Source: Lama guanicoe
Lineage: Eukaryota
Assembly: GCA_013239625.1 (NCBI GenBank)
Contig: MU053561.1
Span: forward strand, 4,757,214 to 4,821,213
DNA length: 64,000 nt
Direction: 5' to 3'
The position numbers and the translations under genes are program-made. Shown piece after piece: positions 63,386 to 64,000 of the stretch. The notes below the pieces were generated by a model. The model was not told where the DNA came from and ran no database searches. It worked only from the letters and a program-made list of their open reading frames with translations. Within the stretch, counting starts at the first letter, position 1. Each line of letters starts with the position of its first letter.

Positions 63386-63808
63386 TGTCACGGGTGGTAA
63401 AAGAATTTACTAAAGGCAAAGGATAAGAATAGAAAAGGAGTTTATTAGGTTACAGCTGCTACAGACAACAAGGGGCCACACAGACGAGAGGTGCCTGTGT
63501 GAGCCCTGAGGGCTGCTTGTTGGGGTCTTTTATAAGGTCTGCTTGTGCACAAGTCTCTGGTTGGTTGTAAGTGAAGTAAGACGTTTAGGGTCCTTGAAGG
63601 GGGGTGGGGTCTATGACTCTGATAAGGTGGGCTGCACAGGCCAGCCTGAGCTGTTGTGAGATTAGGCATCACTTAGGGATGTTAGCTCTTTAGGGCAAAC
63701 ACACTCAGTAAAGAATGTACCGTATCTGCTGAGGGATCACAGGCAGACATTCCTGGAGAGCCCAGAAGCGGGGGTTGTTGGACTCTGAAGGACATCAGTT
63801 GCCCCACA
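63386..63808 (-). mobile_element. Nested solo LTR of unrecognised family
   Basis: tg...ca termini; on the minus strand TATAAAAG (63527-63534) precedes AATAAA (63441-63446), giving U3-R-U5 spacing. Confidence 0.6.
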
Positions 63809-64000
63809 TTGAGTTAAATGATGATAATTCATTGACATCTAGGTCATTTCAAATAGTGGTTATGGACTATGTCCGTAAGTTCCAATCAGGAAGTACTGGT
63901 ATGACAGACAGCTCACAATTGCTTGCTTCTTGGTGTTTGATAGAGATTAAGGTTTTTAGGGGTTAAAATGATAATGTGTAGTTAAAGCCACTAAAATAAG

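Noticed and set aside
1..64000. CRISPR arrays, operons or another novel multi-gene system
   Set aside because: The window is spliced mammalian DNA with one host gene plus transposon relics; no regularly spaced repeat-spacer array or unexplained long ORF is visible.

Overview
Mammalian genomic DNA, very likely from a camelid (camel/llama/alpaca), judging by four tRNA-Ala-derived Vic-1-like SINEs and cetartiodactyl-type L1 3' ends. Positions 1-21072 hold the 3' half of TRIM33 (TIF1-gamma) on the + strand. Nine coding exons (3447-16336) splice GT-AG in consistent phase into a 440-aa C-terminal part with the PHD finger and bromodomain, including the 51-nt alpha/beta cassette exon; a ~4.7-kb 3'UTR follows. 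The remaining ~43 kb is intergenic, made mostly of L1, L2, MIR, MaLR/ERVL and ERV1 LTRs and DNA-transposon MITEs, and ends in a decayed, multiply interrupted gamma-like provirus. I see no evidence for a new protein-coding or multi-gene system, and the other ORF-track entries are repeat-derived or spurious. The most notable non-standard structures read directly from the sequence are: (i) a ~380-bp inversion bounded by a perfect 17-bp inverted duplication (33121-33518); (ii) a ~130-bp locally templated inverted copy (24402-24535 vs 25885-26013); (iii) a provirus with a tRNA-Lys PBS and gamma-type Gag whose start is split by a nested LTR; (iv) a CpG-rich patch with a strong CTCF motif at ~47.4 kb; (v) a fully open 79-nt last intron of TRIM33. 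Repeat family names come from recalled consensus similarity, not a database search, and many repeat boundaries are approximate.
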